Shown one piece after another: positions 25,069 to 37,600 of a DNA stretch of 64,000 bases. The stretch covers positions 5,146,001 to 5,210,000 of the forward strand of contig CATNEN010000003.1 in NCBI GenBank assembly GCA_950097015.1. The letters run 5' to 3'. Within the stretch, counting starts at the first letter, position 1; each line of letters starts with the position of its first letter. Under the pieces are notes generated by a model, which worked only from the letters and a program-made list of their open reading frames with translations, was not told where the DNA came from and ran no database searches. Both the position numbers and the translations under genes were made by a program. This DNA is from Macrostomum hystrix (Eukaryota > Animalia > Platyhelminthes).

Positions 25069-25794
25069 CAAAACACAAGCAATTACAATTAAGTCTTTAA
25101 AACATCCTATATTAGTTCCCAGTAATTGTTTCGTCAGTTTTTTGTCTGGCTTGCTTCTAAATTTAGACAAAAAAACAATTTGAGTTGTCTCATATTTTTT
25201 CTCTTTCTCTTACTGACTGAGTGAATGAATCATAGAAATAAACAATTAAAGAACTGGGAATCTGAATCTTGCCGATCGCTGTCAAATAGCTATTGAAATA
25301 AGTTATGAAGCTTTTATATAATTGTTTTCCAAAGTCACTTATTTTTTGTTAGATTTTGTCACCAAAACAATTTCTTAGAAACAAATATGTGGCTGCGTGT
25401 GTATGGTATGAAATTTCGTAGACTATTTTTCTCACTAAACTACTCGTAGTCTGATCTGCCCAAAGTAGACAAGCGGACCGTTGCTTACTAATCTAATTTG
25501 CAGTTAACATTTTCCTAATTAACAAAATTTCGAGTCTGCTTTTTCGTCAAGTTTAGAACACGCATGTCTGTATATAAAATTAGTTCGAGATTGTGCTTTA
25601 GGCTGTCACTCACGTTTTCCCACTTTCCAATGAGAGATGTGAAGTCGATGTACATGATTTCCTGGAAAAAAAACTTAACTCTGCATCACGTCCTAGAAGG
25701 CGTCGACAAGCTGTGTTTTTGTTGGATGCATTTTGACAAATTAATGCTATTATACTCTATCTTGACTTTCCATACTTACTCATTACGTATTTAA

Positions 25795-26332
25795 GATAGG
25801 AAGGCAGCTTATGGAGAGAAGTAGAGTGGGGAGAGAGGCAGCTTAGGGAGAGAAGTAGATTGGAGAGGGAGGCAGATTAGGGAGAGAAGTAGATTGGAGA
25901 GAGAGGCAGATTAGGGAGAGAAGTAGAGTGGGGAGAGAGGCAGCTTATGGAGAGAAGTAGAGTGAGGAGAGAGGCAGCTTATGGAGAGAAGTAGAGTGGA
26001 GAGAGAGACAGATTAGGGAGAGAAGTAGATTGGAGAGAGAGACAGATTAGGGAGAGAAGTAGATTGGAGAGAGGCAGATTAGGGAGAGAAGTAGAGTGGA
26101 GAGAGAGGCAGATTAGGGAGAGAAATAGAGTGGAGAGAGAGGCAGATTAGGGAGAGAAGTAGATTGGAGAGCGAGGCAGATTAGGGAGAGAAGTAGATTG
26201 GAGAGCGAGGCAGATTAGGGAGAGAAGTAGATTGGAGAGAGGCAGATTAGGGAGAGAAGTAGAGTGGAGAGAGAGGCAGATTAGGGAGAGAAGTAGAGTG
26301 GAGAGAGAGGCAGATTAGGGAGAGAAGTAGAC
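25795..26332. repeat. ~34-bp purine-rich minisatellite (GGCAGATTAGGGAGAGAAGTAGAGTGGAGAGAGA)
   Basis: Tandem periodicity. Confidence 0.92.
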
Positions 26333-26730
26333 AGCGAGACAATTCAGTCTGGGAGTGATAGTGTATAGGAGAAATCCACCCTAGACAGGCTCAGAAATAG
26401 TGATTTCGATGAAATGTTTGAAGTCTATTGCGCAGTAAGTATATAAGCACAGTTTTTTCATAATGTGGATAACAAGCAAATGAGAAGACAGCGACAACAC
26501 TTGACTGAATTCAGTCCGATTAACGATGCATGGATAAGAGCGAACCTGCTCAGGTGACTGTTTCTGATTGATTGTCTCCGAGCAGAAAACGAGAGACAAA
26601 TTAGCTGCAAATTCTGTGATGCACGAGAAGACTAGTTATGAAGACTTTTTCCCATGACTAGATTTATATATGTGCAAAGAGAATGTTAACTGAAGTGACT
26701 GAAATGAATTACTGTATTAGAGCCAACTCG

Positions 26731-27058
26731 AATAATAATAATAATATTTGCAGGAGGGCTGCGGGCATTGGCACATCATTTGGTGGCATTAGACCCGCAG
26801 CCAGCGGGGAGGCAATTCTGCCCATTTCGCTGACTCCTGAGCACACACGCTCACACAGGTGTGTACATCTGCCCTGACTTTCTCGTCGTCATGCAGTGTA
26901 CACTCTCACTTCGCCTTGGAGGTTGGCCCTCAAGGGCGTAAATTGCACGACAAGCCACCAAGCCTTCTCTCCGCGGCTGCGCCCAAAATAAATGTGGCCT
27001 CGCCGTGGAATCGAGCTCAGGGATCTTGTTGTTGACCGCCGCTCTGCCACTCGGTCAC
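26731..27058 (-). mobile_element. SINE family A copy with intact 3' stem-loop and (ATT)n tail
   Basis: Reverse complement matches the 35339 copy. It ends GGCTGCGGG...CCCGCAGCC-ctcctgcaaat(att)n; the tRNA head is partly deleted. Confidence 0.8.
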
Positions 27059-27276
27059 TGTAGGTTCTAAGAGGCATTTCTTACAAATAAAGGAAGACTT
27101 AAAAATGCATACTTTCTTCGTAGCGCCGTTCTTTTCTTTTTTTTAACTATAATCTCAGCGTTTCAGTTGACTGTAACGAAGGGATTCAGTAAGGCGCAGT
27201 GACTGCTGAATTCTTCTTGCAAGTCAGGAATTTAGCATCATTTTAGGCTAGTTGAATATAAAAGCCTTCTGTGAAG

Positions 27277-27600
27277 TCTATGGCTTCTGGCCTATTTCAA
27301 AGTCTATGGCTTCTGGTCTATTTTATGGTCTATGGCTTCTGGCCTATTTAATAGTCTATGGCTTCTGGTCTATTTTATGGTCTATGGCTTCTGGTCTATT
27401 TTATGGTCTATGGCTTCTGGTCTATTTTATGGTCTATGGCTTCTGGTCTATTTTATGGTCTATGGCTTCTGGCCTATTTCATAGTCTATGGCTTCTGGTC
27501 TATTTCATAGTCTATGGCTTCTGGTCTATTTCATAGCTTCATGGCTTCTGTTCTATTTTATGGTCTATGGCTTCTGGCCTATTTATAGTCTATGGCCTAT
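27277..27600. repeat. 26-bp minisatellite (GTCTATGGCTTCTGGTCTATTTTATG)
   Basis: Tandem periodicity. Confidence 0.92.
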
Positions 27601-28229
27601 CGATAGTATGTTATTGTTTATAGCTTCTAGCCAACTATATAGTTTATGAAATGCATAGTAGGGTTCTAGCCTGTTCTCTCCATATGGTCTATGGCCAGTC
27701 AATTACCGCGTCTACTTTGCCAATAACTATAGTGTTAACTAATAAAGTCATTTTTATATTCATTATTCTACAATAGTTTTAGACCATCCTAGGTCAAAAT
27801 TTACGAGCCAGTTGCCGAATTAAAATAATTAACTATAGGGTGTAATCTAGCAGCTTCCTGTCCTTCCTGTCTGTCTGTCTTTCTGTCTGTCAAAAAAAAT
27901 CGAACACCACTCGAACAGAATTTGTCTGTCGCTTGCTGCACAACCCTAATTAGGCTAATGTTATCTGTCTTAGAAGTGCTAGTACACAGCAACTATGCAT
28001 TAAGGTCTGCGAGTATAGAAGCATCCCCATTTAGAAATTTTAGCGTTCATAAAAACTGACAGTTAAAAAATATTGGAATCCACTTAGAAACGATATTGAT
28101 TTACGGATTTGTACTTTTCCCATGGTTGTTTGTTCTTTGCAAGTTATTATGCATTGCGAGACGACTAGTAATAATAGGAAGATACATGTATTGTATATGT
28201 ACTATCCCTTGACATTACGTTTACAATAC

Positions 28230-29746
28230 TCTAAATCCCATCCTAATGTAAAAAATTATCCCTCGATTCTAAATCTCATCCTAATGTCAAAAATTATCCC
28301 TCGATTCTAAATCCCAATCCCAATGTCAAATATTATTCCTCGATTCTAAATCCCATCCTAATGTCAAATATTATTCCTCGATTCTAAATCCCATCCCAAT
28401 GTCAAATATTATTCCTCGATTCTAAATCCCATCCCAATGTCAAATATTATTCCTCGATTCTAAATCCCATCCCAATGTCAAATATTATTCCTCGATTCTA
28501 AATCCCATCCTAATGTCAAATATTATTCCTCGATTCTAAATCCCATCCTAATGTCAAATATTATCCCTCGATTCTTAATCCCATCCCAATGTCAAATATT
28601 ATCCCTCGATTCTTAATCCCATCCTAATGTCAAATATTATCCCTCGATTCTAAATCCCATCCTAATGTCAAATATTTCCCTCGATTCCAAATCCCATCCT
28701 AATGTCAAATATTATTCCTCGATTCTAAATCCCATCCTAATGTCAAATATTATTCCTCCATTCTAAATCCCATCGTAAAGTCAAATATTATCCCTCGATT
28801 CTTAATCCCATCCCAATGTCAAATATTATTCCTCGATTCTAAATCCCATCCTAATGTCAAATATTATTCCTCGATTCTAAATCCCATCCTAATGTCAAAT
28901 ATTATTCCTCCATTCTAAATCCCATCCTAAAGTCAAATATTATTCCTCCATTCTAAATCCCATCCTAATGTCAAATATTATCCCTCGATTCTTAATCCCA
29001 TCCCAATGTCAAATATTATTCCTCGATTCTAAATCCCATCCTAATGTCAAATATTACTCCTCGATTCTAAATCCCATCCTAATGTCAAATATTATTCATC
29101 GATTCTAAATCCCATCCTAATGTCAAATATTATCCCTCGATTCTAAATCTCATCCCAATGTCAAATATTATTCCTCGATTCTAAATCCCATCCTAATGTC
29201 AAATATTATCCCTCGATTCTAAATCTCATCCTAATGTCAAATATTATCCCTCGATTCTAAATCCCATCCTAATGTCAAATATTATCCCTCGATTCTAAAT
29301 CTCATCCTAAAGTCAAAAATTATCCCTCGATTCTAAATCCCATCCTAATGTCAAAAATTATCCCTCGATTCTAAATCCCATCCTAATGTCAAAAATTATC
29401 CCTCGATTCTAAATCCCATCCTAATGTCAAATATCATCCCTCGATTCTAAATCCCATCCTAATGTCAAATATCATCCCTCGATTCTAAATCCCATCCTAA
29501 TGTCAAATATTATCCCTCGATTCTAAATCCCATCCTAATGTTAAATATTATCCCTCGATTCTAAATCCCATCCTAATGTCAAATATCATCCCTCGATTCT
29601 AAATCCCATCCTAATGTCAAATATTATCCCTCGATTCTAAATCCCATCCTAATGTCAAATATTATCCCTCGATTCTAAATCCCATCCTAATGTTAAATAT
29701 TATCCCTCGATTCTAAATCCCATCCTAATGTCAAATATTATCCCTC
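28230..29746. repeat. 38-bp minisatellite (TCCCTCGATTCTAAATCCCATCCTAATGTCAAATATTA)
   Basis: Tandem periodicity of 38. Confidence 0.95.
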
Positions 29747-30034
29747 TGATAACATCCCCTGATAACAAGTGATTACATTTTTCATAAAAACAAGCATAAG
29801 ATATCATTTTTTTGATCTAATAGAGTTTTTAACTGTTTCCCACATTTTTCCCAAATTATTCCTGTTGTAAGATTCCATTTCGAAATAGCACAGAAACCTT
29901 CTTATTTCAAAAGCTTTCAATCTGAATGAAAATAAGAAACAATTGAAAAATATTCTAGCTTGCAACATAGGCATTAACATTTTCTGAGCAGACTAAAATT
30001 GCAGGTCGCTGGTAGAGAGAGATATCGAAGAAAG

Positions 30035-31340
30035 TCAGGGGGAGATTGGAGAGAGTCAGAGAGAGTCAGGGAGAGTCAGGGAGAGTCAGGAGAGTCAGAG
30101 AGAGTCAGGGAGAGTCAGGAGAGTCAGAGAGAGTCAGGGAGAGTCAGGGAGAGTCAGGAGAGTCAGAGACAGTCAGGAGAGAGTCAGGAGAGAGTCAGGA
30201 GAGTCAGGGAGAGTCAGGGAGAGTCAGGAGAGAGTCAGGAGAGAGTCAGGAGAGAGTCAGGAGAGAGTCAGGAGAGTCAGGGAGAGTCAGGGAGAGTCAG
30301 GAGAGTCAGGGAGAGTCAGGAGAGTCAGGGAGAGTCAGGGAGAGTCAGGAGAGAGTCAGGAGAGAGTCAGGAGAGTCAGGGAGAGTCAGGGAGAGTCAGG
30401 AGAGTCAGAGACAGTCAGGAGAGAGTCAGGAGAGAGTCAGGAGAGTCAGAGAGAGTCAGGGAGAGTCAGGAGAGTCAGAGAGAGTCAGGGAGAGTCAGGG
30501 AGAGTCAGGGAGAGTCAGGGAGAGTCAGGAGAGTCAGAGACAGTCAGGAGAGAGTCAGGAGAGAGTCAGGAGAGTCAGAGAGAGTCAGGGAGAGTCAGGA
30601 GAGTCAGAGAGAGTCAGGGAGAGTCAGGGAGAGTCAGGAGAGTCAGGGAGAGTCAGGGAGAGTCAGGGAGAGTCAGAGACAGTCAGGAGAGAGTCAGGAG
30701 AGAGTCAGGGAGAGTCAGGGAGAGTCAGGGAGAGTCAGGAGAGAGTCAGGAGAGAGTCAGGGAGAGTCAGGGAGAGTCAGGAGAGAGTCAGGAGAGAGTC
30801 AGGAGAGAGTCAGGAGAGAGTCAGGGAGAGTCAGGAGAGAGTCAGGAGAGAGTCAGGAGAGAGTCAGGAGAGAGTCAGGAGAGTCAGGGAGAGTCAGGAG
30901 AGTCAGGGAGAGTCAGGAGAGTCAGGGAGAGTCAGGGAGAGTCAGGAGAGTCAGGGAGAGTCAGGAGAGTCAGGAGAGAGTCAGGAGAGTCAGGGAGAGT
31001 CAGGAGAGTCAGGGAGAGTCAGGAGAGTCAGGGAGAGTCAGGGAGAGTCAGGAGAGAGTCAGGGAGAGTCAGGAGAGTCAGGGAGAGTCAGGGAGAGTCA
31101 GGGAGAGTCAGAGACAGTCAGGAGAGAGTCAGGGAGAGTCAGGGAGAGAGAGTCAGGGAGAGTCAGGAGAGTCAGGGAGAGTCAGGGAGAGTCAGGGAGA
31201 GTCAGGGAGAGAGAGTCAGGGAGAGTCAGGAGAGTCAGGGAGAGTCAGGGAGAGTCAGGAGAGTCAGGGAGAGTCAGGGAGAGTCAGGGAGAGAGAGTCA
31301 GGGAGAGTCAGGGAGAGAGAGTCAGGGAGAGTCAGGGAGG
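30035..31340. repeat. 9-11-bp GAGAGTCAGG(G/A) array
   Basis: Tandem; the source of spurious ORFs 29999-31480 and 30046-31356. Confidence 0.95.
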
Positions 31341-31668
31341 ACAGAGGGACAAATAAGAAGAGAATATCCACTATGCGGGAGAGCCTTGATCTCCGAGCCA
31401 TTGGCTGCAATCTCTCATTGGTTGAGCGCTGTACTCACCTATCCAGGTCAGGATCCGTACTCAGACAGGCAACCCCCTAATACCCAGCATTTTAAGCTTT
31501 GATGTGGGCTAGATTTGAAAGATTTCAGAAAATTATATAGACCAGATTCTGTCTAATCAGACTCACAAAATCGACTCGCGTTTTTAAAGCACGTCACTCA
31601 CCTCAGTGCCTCTTCCGCTTCTGAAAGAGAATAATTCTACAGTCGAATACCTCTAGAGAGAAATTTAA

Positions 31669-34600
31669 ATGCTGCTTCTGCTTCAGCTGCTTCTGCTGCT
31701 GCTGAATTTCTCACAAATTCAAGGGCTGAGTTCTGGTGCTGGTGGCTATAGTGGTGGCAATGGCAATGTTAATCGTAAGTTACTCACTAACTAATTCACT
31801 CACTCACTCACTCACTCACTCACTCACTCACTCACTCACTCACTCACTCACTCACTCACTCGCTCACTCACTCACTCACTCACTCACTCGCTCACTCACT
31901 CACTCACTCGCTCGCTCACTCGCTCACTCACTCACTCGCTCACTCACTCACTCACTCACTAACTCACTCACTCACTCACTCACTCACTCACTCACTCACT
32001 CACTCACTCGCTCGCTCACTCACTCACTCACTCACTCACTCACTAACTCACTCGCTCACTCACTCACTCACTCACTCACTCACTCACTCACTCACTCACT
32101 CGCTCACTCACTCACTCACTCACTCGCTCGCTCACTCACTCACTCACTCACTCACTCACTCACTCACTCACTCACTCACTCGCTCGCTCACTCACTCACT
32201 CACTCAATCACTCACTCACTCACTCACTCACTCAATCACTCACTCACTCACTCACTCACTCGCTCACTCACTCACTCACTCACTCGCTCGCTCACTCACT
32301 CACTCACTCACTCAATCACTCACTCACTCACTCACTCACTGGCTCACTAAATATATTGATCAACGATTTTGCGCAAATAATATTTTCTTTAATGTAATAT
32401 TTCCTAAAAAGTGACGGTTTTCCGAAATTCGTTTTTGCAATCTGTCGAAAATGTGGCCACAAACATTTCTTAATTAGAAAGTCATTTTGTTTCTGTATTT
32501 GATCGTATATATAACTTACTTTCTTTAAAAGTAAGCTCAGCCTGTATAATGAGTCGCAATGGTGGAATTCTCTTTTTCGGCCGGCATCGTAAAGAAGATT
32601 ATTTATAGAGTAGCAATTAATGAGACTATGTCGTGCCTTACATCGGTGAAGATTCTCTGCATTTCTAAATAATCTTCTTTTATATTTGACTTTTCTACTA
32701 ACTAACGAAACTTTTGAGAATAGGACCGAGTTGTGTCTTAATCTTTGAGAACGAAAAAAACTAGTAATATTTTTCTGAACTTCATAATATTCATCCGTGT
32801 CGTTTTCTAAATCTTCACTTGTGACCTTCTGTTGTACTTTTAACCTAGGGGTTGTAGCCTAGTGGTTAGAGTGTCGGACTTACGACTTGAAGGTCGAGGG
32901 TTCGATTCCCAACTCAATTCAAACAATTTGCGCCTTTTTTAGCAAGACACTTAGCTCTGTGTTGATTCAGTTCACCCAGCTGTTAAATGGGTACCAGCAT
33001 CAGCTGGGATAATTGAAGGTGGGTGTGGCGTCCTCCCCAGTCCATGGACTGAACAGCAGTACGCAGCCTTCAGATGCGCCGCGCAATAGCTGCGGCTGTG
33101 CTGTCGGCTGCACATCTGGCCCAATCGGGACAGGTATAATATTAATAACTACTATTATGTTAGCAAAGCGTAATTTAGAAATTACAATGCTTTTTCACAC
33201 CTAGCGTAGCAAAAAAATGTAATTCAACGACACGGCAAATCTACGCGACAAAGAGATGAATTTGACTTTTATTGTTCTCTCTACCGAAACCGCATTCAAC
33301 ATGACATTTTGTCCTTTGGGTGTAAAAATGTGTGTAACGACACGTGGTGTGTCCACAATCAGATGGTTTATCAAACTAGCTCTAATTAAATTATAATCTA
33401 CTCTACCATCAGTCTACTCTACTAGAGTCTACTCTACCAGCAATCTTCCCTTTTCATAGAAATCGAATAGCTACTCCACCAATCTAGCCTTTCTTAGAAA
33501 TCGAATAGCTACTCTACCAATCTAGCATTTCTTAGAAATCTAATAGCTACTCTACCAATCTGGCATTTCTTAGAAATCGAATAGCTACTCTACCAATCTA
33601 GCATTTCTTAGAAATCGAATAGCTACTCTACCAATCTAGCATTTCTTAGAAATCTAATAGCTACTCTACCAATCTATCATTTCTAAGAAATCGAATAGCT
33701 ACTCTACCAATCTAGCATTTCTTAGAAATCGAATAGCTACTCTACCAATCTAGCATTTCTTAGAAATCTAATAGCTACTCTACCAATCTAGCATTTTTTA
33801 GAAATTTAATAGCTACTCTACTAATCTAGCATTTCTTAGAAATCTAATAGCTACTCTACCAATCTAGCATTTCTTATAAATCTAATAGCTACTCTACCTA
33901 TCTATCATTTCTTAGAAATCTAAAAGCTACTCTACCAATCTACAATTTCTTAGAAATCGAATAGCTACTCTACCAATCTAGCATTTCTTAGAAATCGAAT
34001 AGCTACTCTACCAATCTAGCATTTCTTAGAAATCGAATAGCTACTCTACCAATCTAGCATTTCTTAGAAATCTAATAGCTACTCTACCTATCTATCATTT
34101 CTTAGAAATCGAATAGCTACCCTACCAATCTAGCATTTCTTAGAAATCTAATGCCTACTCTACCAATCTGCTATTTCTTAAAATTCTAATACATACTCTA
34201 ACTATTTACTATTTCTTAGAAATATAATTTTTACACTGAAAATCTTCCATCTTTTAAAACTCTACTATCTACTCGACAAATCTACCTTTTCCGGAAAATC
34301 CACTTTCTACTCTACCAATCTACAATTTCGTAAAAATCTACTATCTAAGCTACTCTCTCCCCTACTCACCAGACACCTGCTTCCACGAGGATCGGGTGAA
34401 TCACTCGGCGACGCCGCCAACCGACGGTCGGTTCAGCTGCCCGGACGCGCCCGGCAACATCGACCAGACTGAGTGCTGCGGCTCTGAGAGACGCGAGTTC
34501 TGCTGCTCGCACTGGGACTCGTGAGTTCGCGATGGAGGAGTGCCGAGAACAGTGATAAGAAGAGTGACAAGAAGAGTGACAGGAAGAGTGACTATAAGAG

Positions 34601-37600
34601 TGATAAGAAGAGTGATACGATAAGTGACAATAATAGTGATAAGAAGAGTGACAAGAAGTGACAAATAGAGTGACAATAAAAGTGATAAGAAGAGTGGCGA
34701 TAAGGAGAGATAAGAAGAGTGATAAGAAGAGTGATAAGAAGAGTGATAAGAAGAGTGATAAGAAGAGTGACGAGAAGAGTGAAAAATAAAAGTGAAAAGA
34801 GAATTTATAAGAAGAGTGATAAGAATGTTACGAACAGTGATAAGAAGAGTGATAAGAAGAGTGACAAGAAGAGTGATAAGAAGAGTGATAAGAAGAGTGA
34901 CAAGAAGAGTGACAAGAAGAGTGATAAGAAGAGTGACAGTAAGAATGTTTAAAAGAGGGCCGAGAACTTGCAGTTGTCTATTTCTAACTGTTCGAATGCA
35001 TTCTAAGTCACACGTTCGGGCAAAATGTCGAAATTTTCCAAAGTGATCAAAAATCAATGAAGGATTGCTCCATTTCAATTCAGAGTCGGCATGCGGTGGG
35101 CAATCGGAATTGGCATCACGGTGGCTGTTGTAATCTTCATGGCTCTCGGCTACACTATTCAATTATTTCGAGCATGCGACAGGTGTTATCACGAATTTCC
35201 GGTGTTATGCCAGCCTGGTAACTAAACTAGACTTTTTTACCATTTTTTATTTAATGATCAACTTACATTGAAAATAAAGCTTACAAGAAACCTCATAACT
35301 ATTTAAAATCGATGACATATGTTGCAAAATTCATAACTGGGGTGTGGCATAGCGGTTAACGCGTTTGCCTCTCGCACCAAGGTCCCTGAGCTCGATTCCG
35401 TGGCGAGGCCACATTCATTTGGGGCGCAGCCGCGGAGAGAAGGCTTGGAGGCTTGTCGTGCAATTTACGCCATTGAGGGCCAACCTCCAAGGCACAGTGA
35501 GGGTGTACACTGCATGCAGTTCATATGTACACACCTGTGTGAGCGTGTGCCTGTGTAAGGTATCTGTGTGCGTGTGTGCTCAGGAGTCAGCGAAATGGGC
35601 AGAATTGCCTCCTCGCTGGCTGCGAGTCTAGTGTCACTTTTTTACGCAACTTTTGACACTTGTTAGACAATTTAAGACACCTGTTAGAAAGCTAATTACA
35701 TCAAATTGTCACTTTAAAACCGATGTTTTATAGTATTATATTGTGTTGCTTTTCAGCAAAGTAAAGTTGCTTTAACAGCGCTCAAGAAATACTAAAGAAG
35801 TATAACACCAATTAATTCACAATTTCAATATTATTCTAATTTCAGAACAGTACCAATTCGCCATGGATACAAGTGAGTTTATTAAGTATTCGTGCAGTGC
35901 AATGATTGCGTGTCAACTAATCTTGAATCACAGCAGAGAGTCCTATCAGTCTCCCTTTCTCCTTTTACCTGTTCCAATCTTTGTTAATCTGACTGTATTA
36001 TCGATTTCCTAGTACTTTATTTTTTTAAACGTACAGTTCTACACTGAGACACTAATTAGCTTGCTGTTTCTTACCGATATTAAATTATTTATACAGCTGT
36101 AGTTTAAAGGATGCCCTTAAAAGGTGATTAAAAATTGTGCCGAGACGAAATTAACTTGCAACTGATTTCACATACTATTGTATTAAGACAGACAGTGAAA
36201 GTGCGTTATAAAATTTAAGGGATACATTATCTAACACCCCTATTTATTATCTAATACCTTATCTATTATCTAACACCTGATCTGTTATCTAACACCTCAT
36301 CTGTTATCTAACACCTCATCTGTTATCTAATACCCCATCTGTTATCTAACACCTCATTTATTATCTAATACCTTATCTATTATCTAACACCTCATCTGTT
36401 ATATAATACCCCATCTGTTATCTAACACCTTAACTATTATCTAACACCTCAACTATTATCTAACACCCCATCTATTATCTAACACCTCATCTGTTATCTA
36501 ACACCTCATCTATTATCTAACACCCCATCTACTATCTAACACCCCATCTATCATCTAACACCCCATATATTATCTAACACCTCTTCGGTTATATACTCGT
36601 AATACCCCATCAACTATCTAACACCCCCTCTTCTATCTAACACCTCGCCCACTCCAGGGTGGTACACTGTGTCGCACGAGGGCAACCGTTACGGCGTGAC
36701 ATTTCACAGCATGCGCTTTGCCAGCCATTTTATGCGTCTTCTCGAGCAGTCCTACGGACCCTGGAATGCTGCAAATATTCTGCGAATCAAACGAGACCAA
36801 CAAGACTTTGTTGTGCTCCATATCTTCTTCAACGACTTCTTCACGCCCTGGTTCTACACTCAGGGTCCAATAAAAAATGATGAGGAATGGATTAGAACCG
36901 ATTTTAAGGACCTCTGCCACAGGACTCAGGGTGAGAGATTGGCCGAGATTCTTGGAAACCAACATTCTGAGAAAGCTGAATTTTTCAAATATGTACAACC
37001 TCGTAACTTCTAATAGTATATTAGTAAAACAAAAATACTAATAACACATATTACCGTGATTCTACGAAAATATAATTCTTAAAAAGTGATCCTGGATGCC
37101 GAAAGAACTATAATATTCTAAGAAACAGAAAACATTCTAAGAAACTATAGATTCTAATGGTTCTGAATTATAAGAAAAAATAATGGCACTCAGATTTAAT
37201 ATAATAATAATAATAATAATAAAATATAACACATGTTACCGCGATTCTAGGAAACTGAAATTCTTAGAAAGCGATGCTGGATGCTGCAATATCTAATATT
37301 CTAAGAAACGGTATAAGAATTGAAAAATGCCATACTTCAAAGAATTCTAAATTCTTAGAAACATACTGGCTTTTATATTCTAAGAAACAAATATAATATG
37401 TACCCAAGATTCCAAGAAACTAAAAACTCTAGGAAACCTAAATTCTAAAAGTTCTAAAACAACCTAAAGATCGTAGGTTCATACAAGCTAAGTAGCCTAA
37501 AAAAGCCTTTAATCTATCTCAAACCATATCTACCTCACAACTCATCTATCTCACACCTTATCTATCTCACACCTTATCTATCTCACACCTTATCTATCTC

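Noticed and set aside
25795-26332. TTAGGG within the 34-bp unit as an interstitial telomere
   Set aside because: Only one hexamer per unit, never tandem.
26889-27077. Similar ORFs 26889-27077 and 35365-35631 as a small gene family
   Set aside because: Both are chance frames within SINE family A copies; the frame is not kept in the other copies.
32847-32920. Possible functional tRNA genes (also 35339, 54395, 54690, 11565, 49094)
   Set aside because: Acceptor and anticodon stems do not pair properly, and most heads continue into shared SINE bodies. tRNAscan-SE would be expected to score them as pseudo.
35575-35600. Hammerhead ribozyme core in SINE A (ctcaggagtcagcgaaa)
   Set aside because: CUGANGA is not present (CUCAGGA) and the flanking helices cannot be formed.
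36931-37013. Read-through of Shisa-like exon 5 to the stop at 37013 as the true C-terminus
   Set aside because: A good donor (cagg|gtgaga) at 36931 joins in phase to a long open exon at 39975. A short intron-retaining isoform cannot be excluded but has no positive support.
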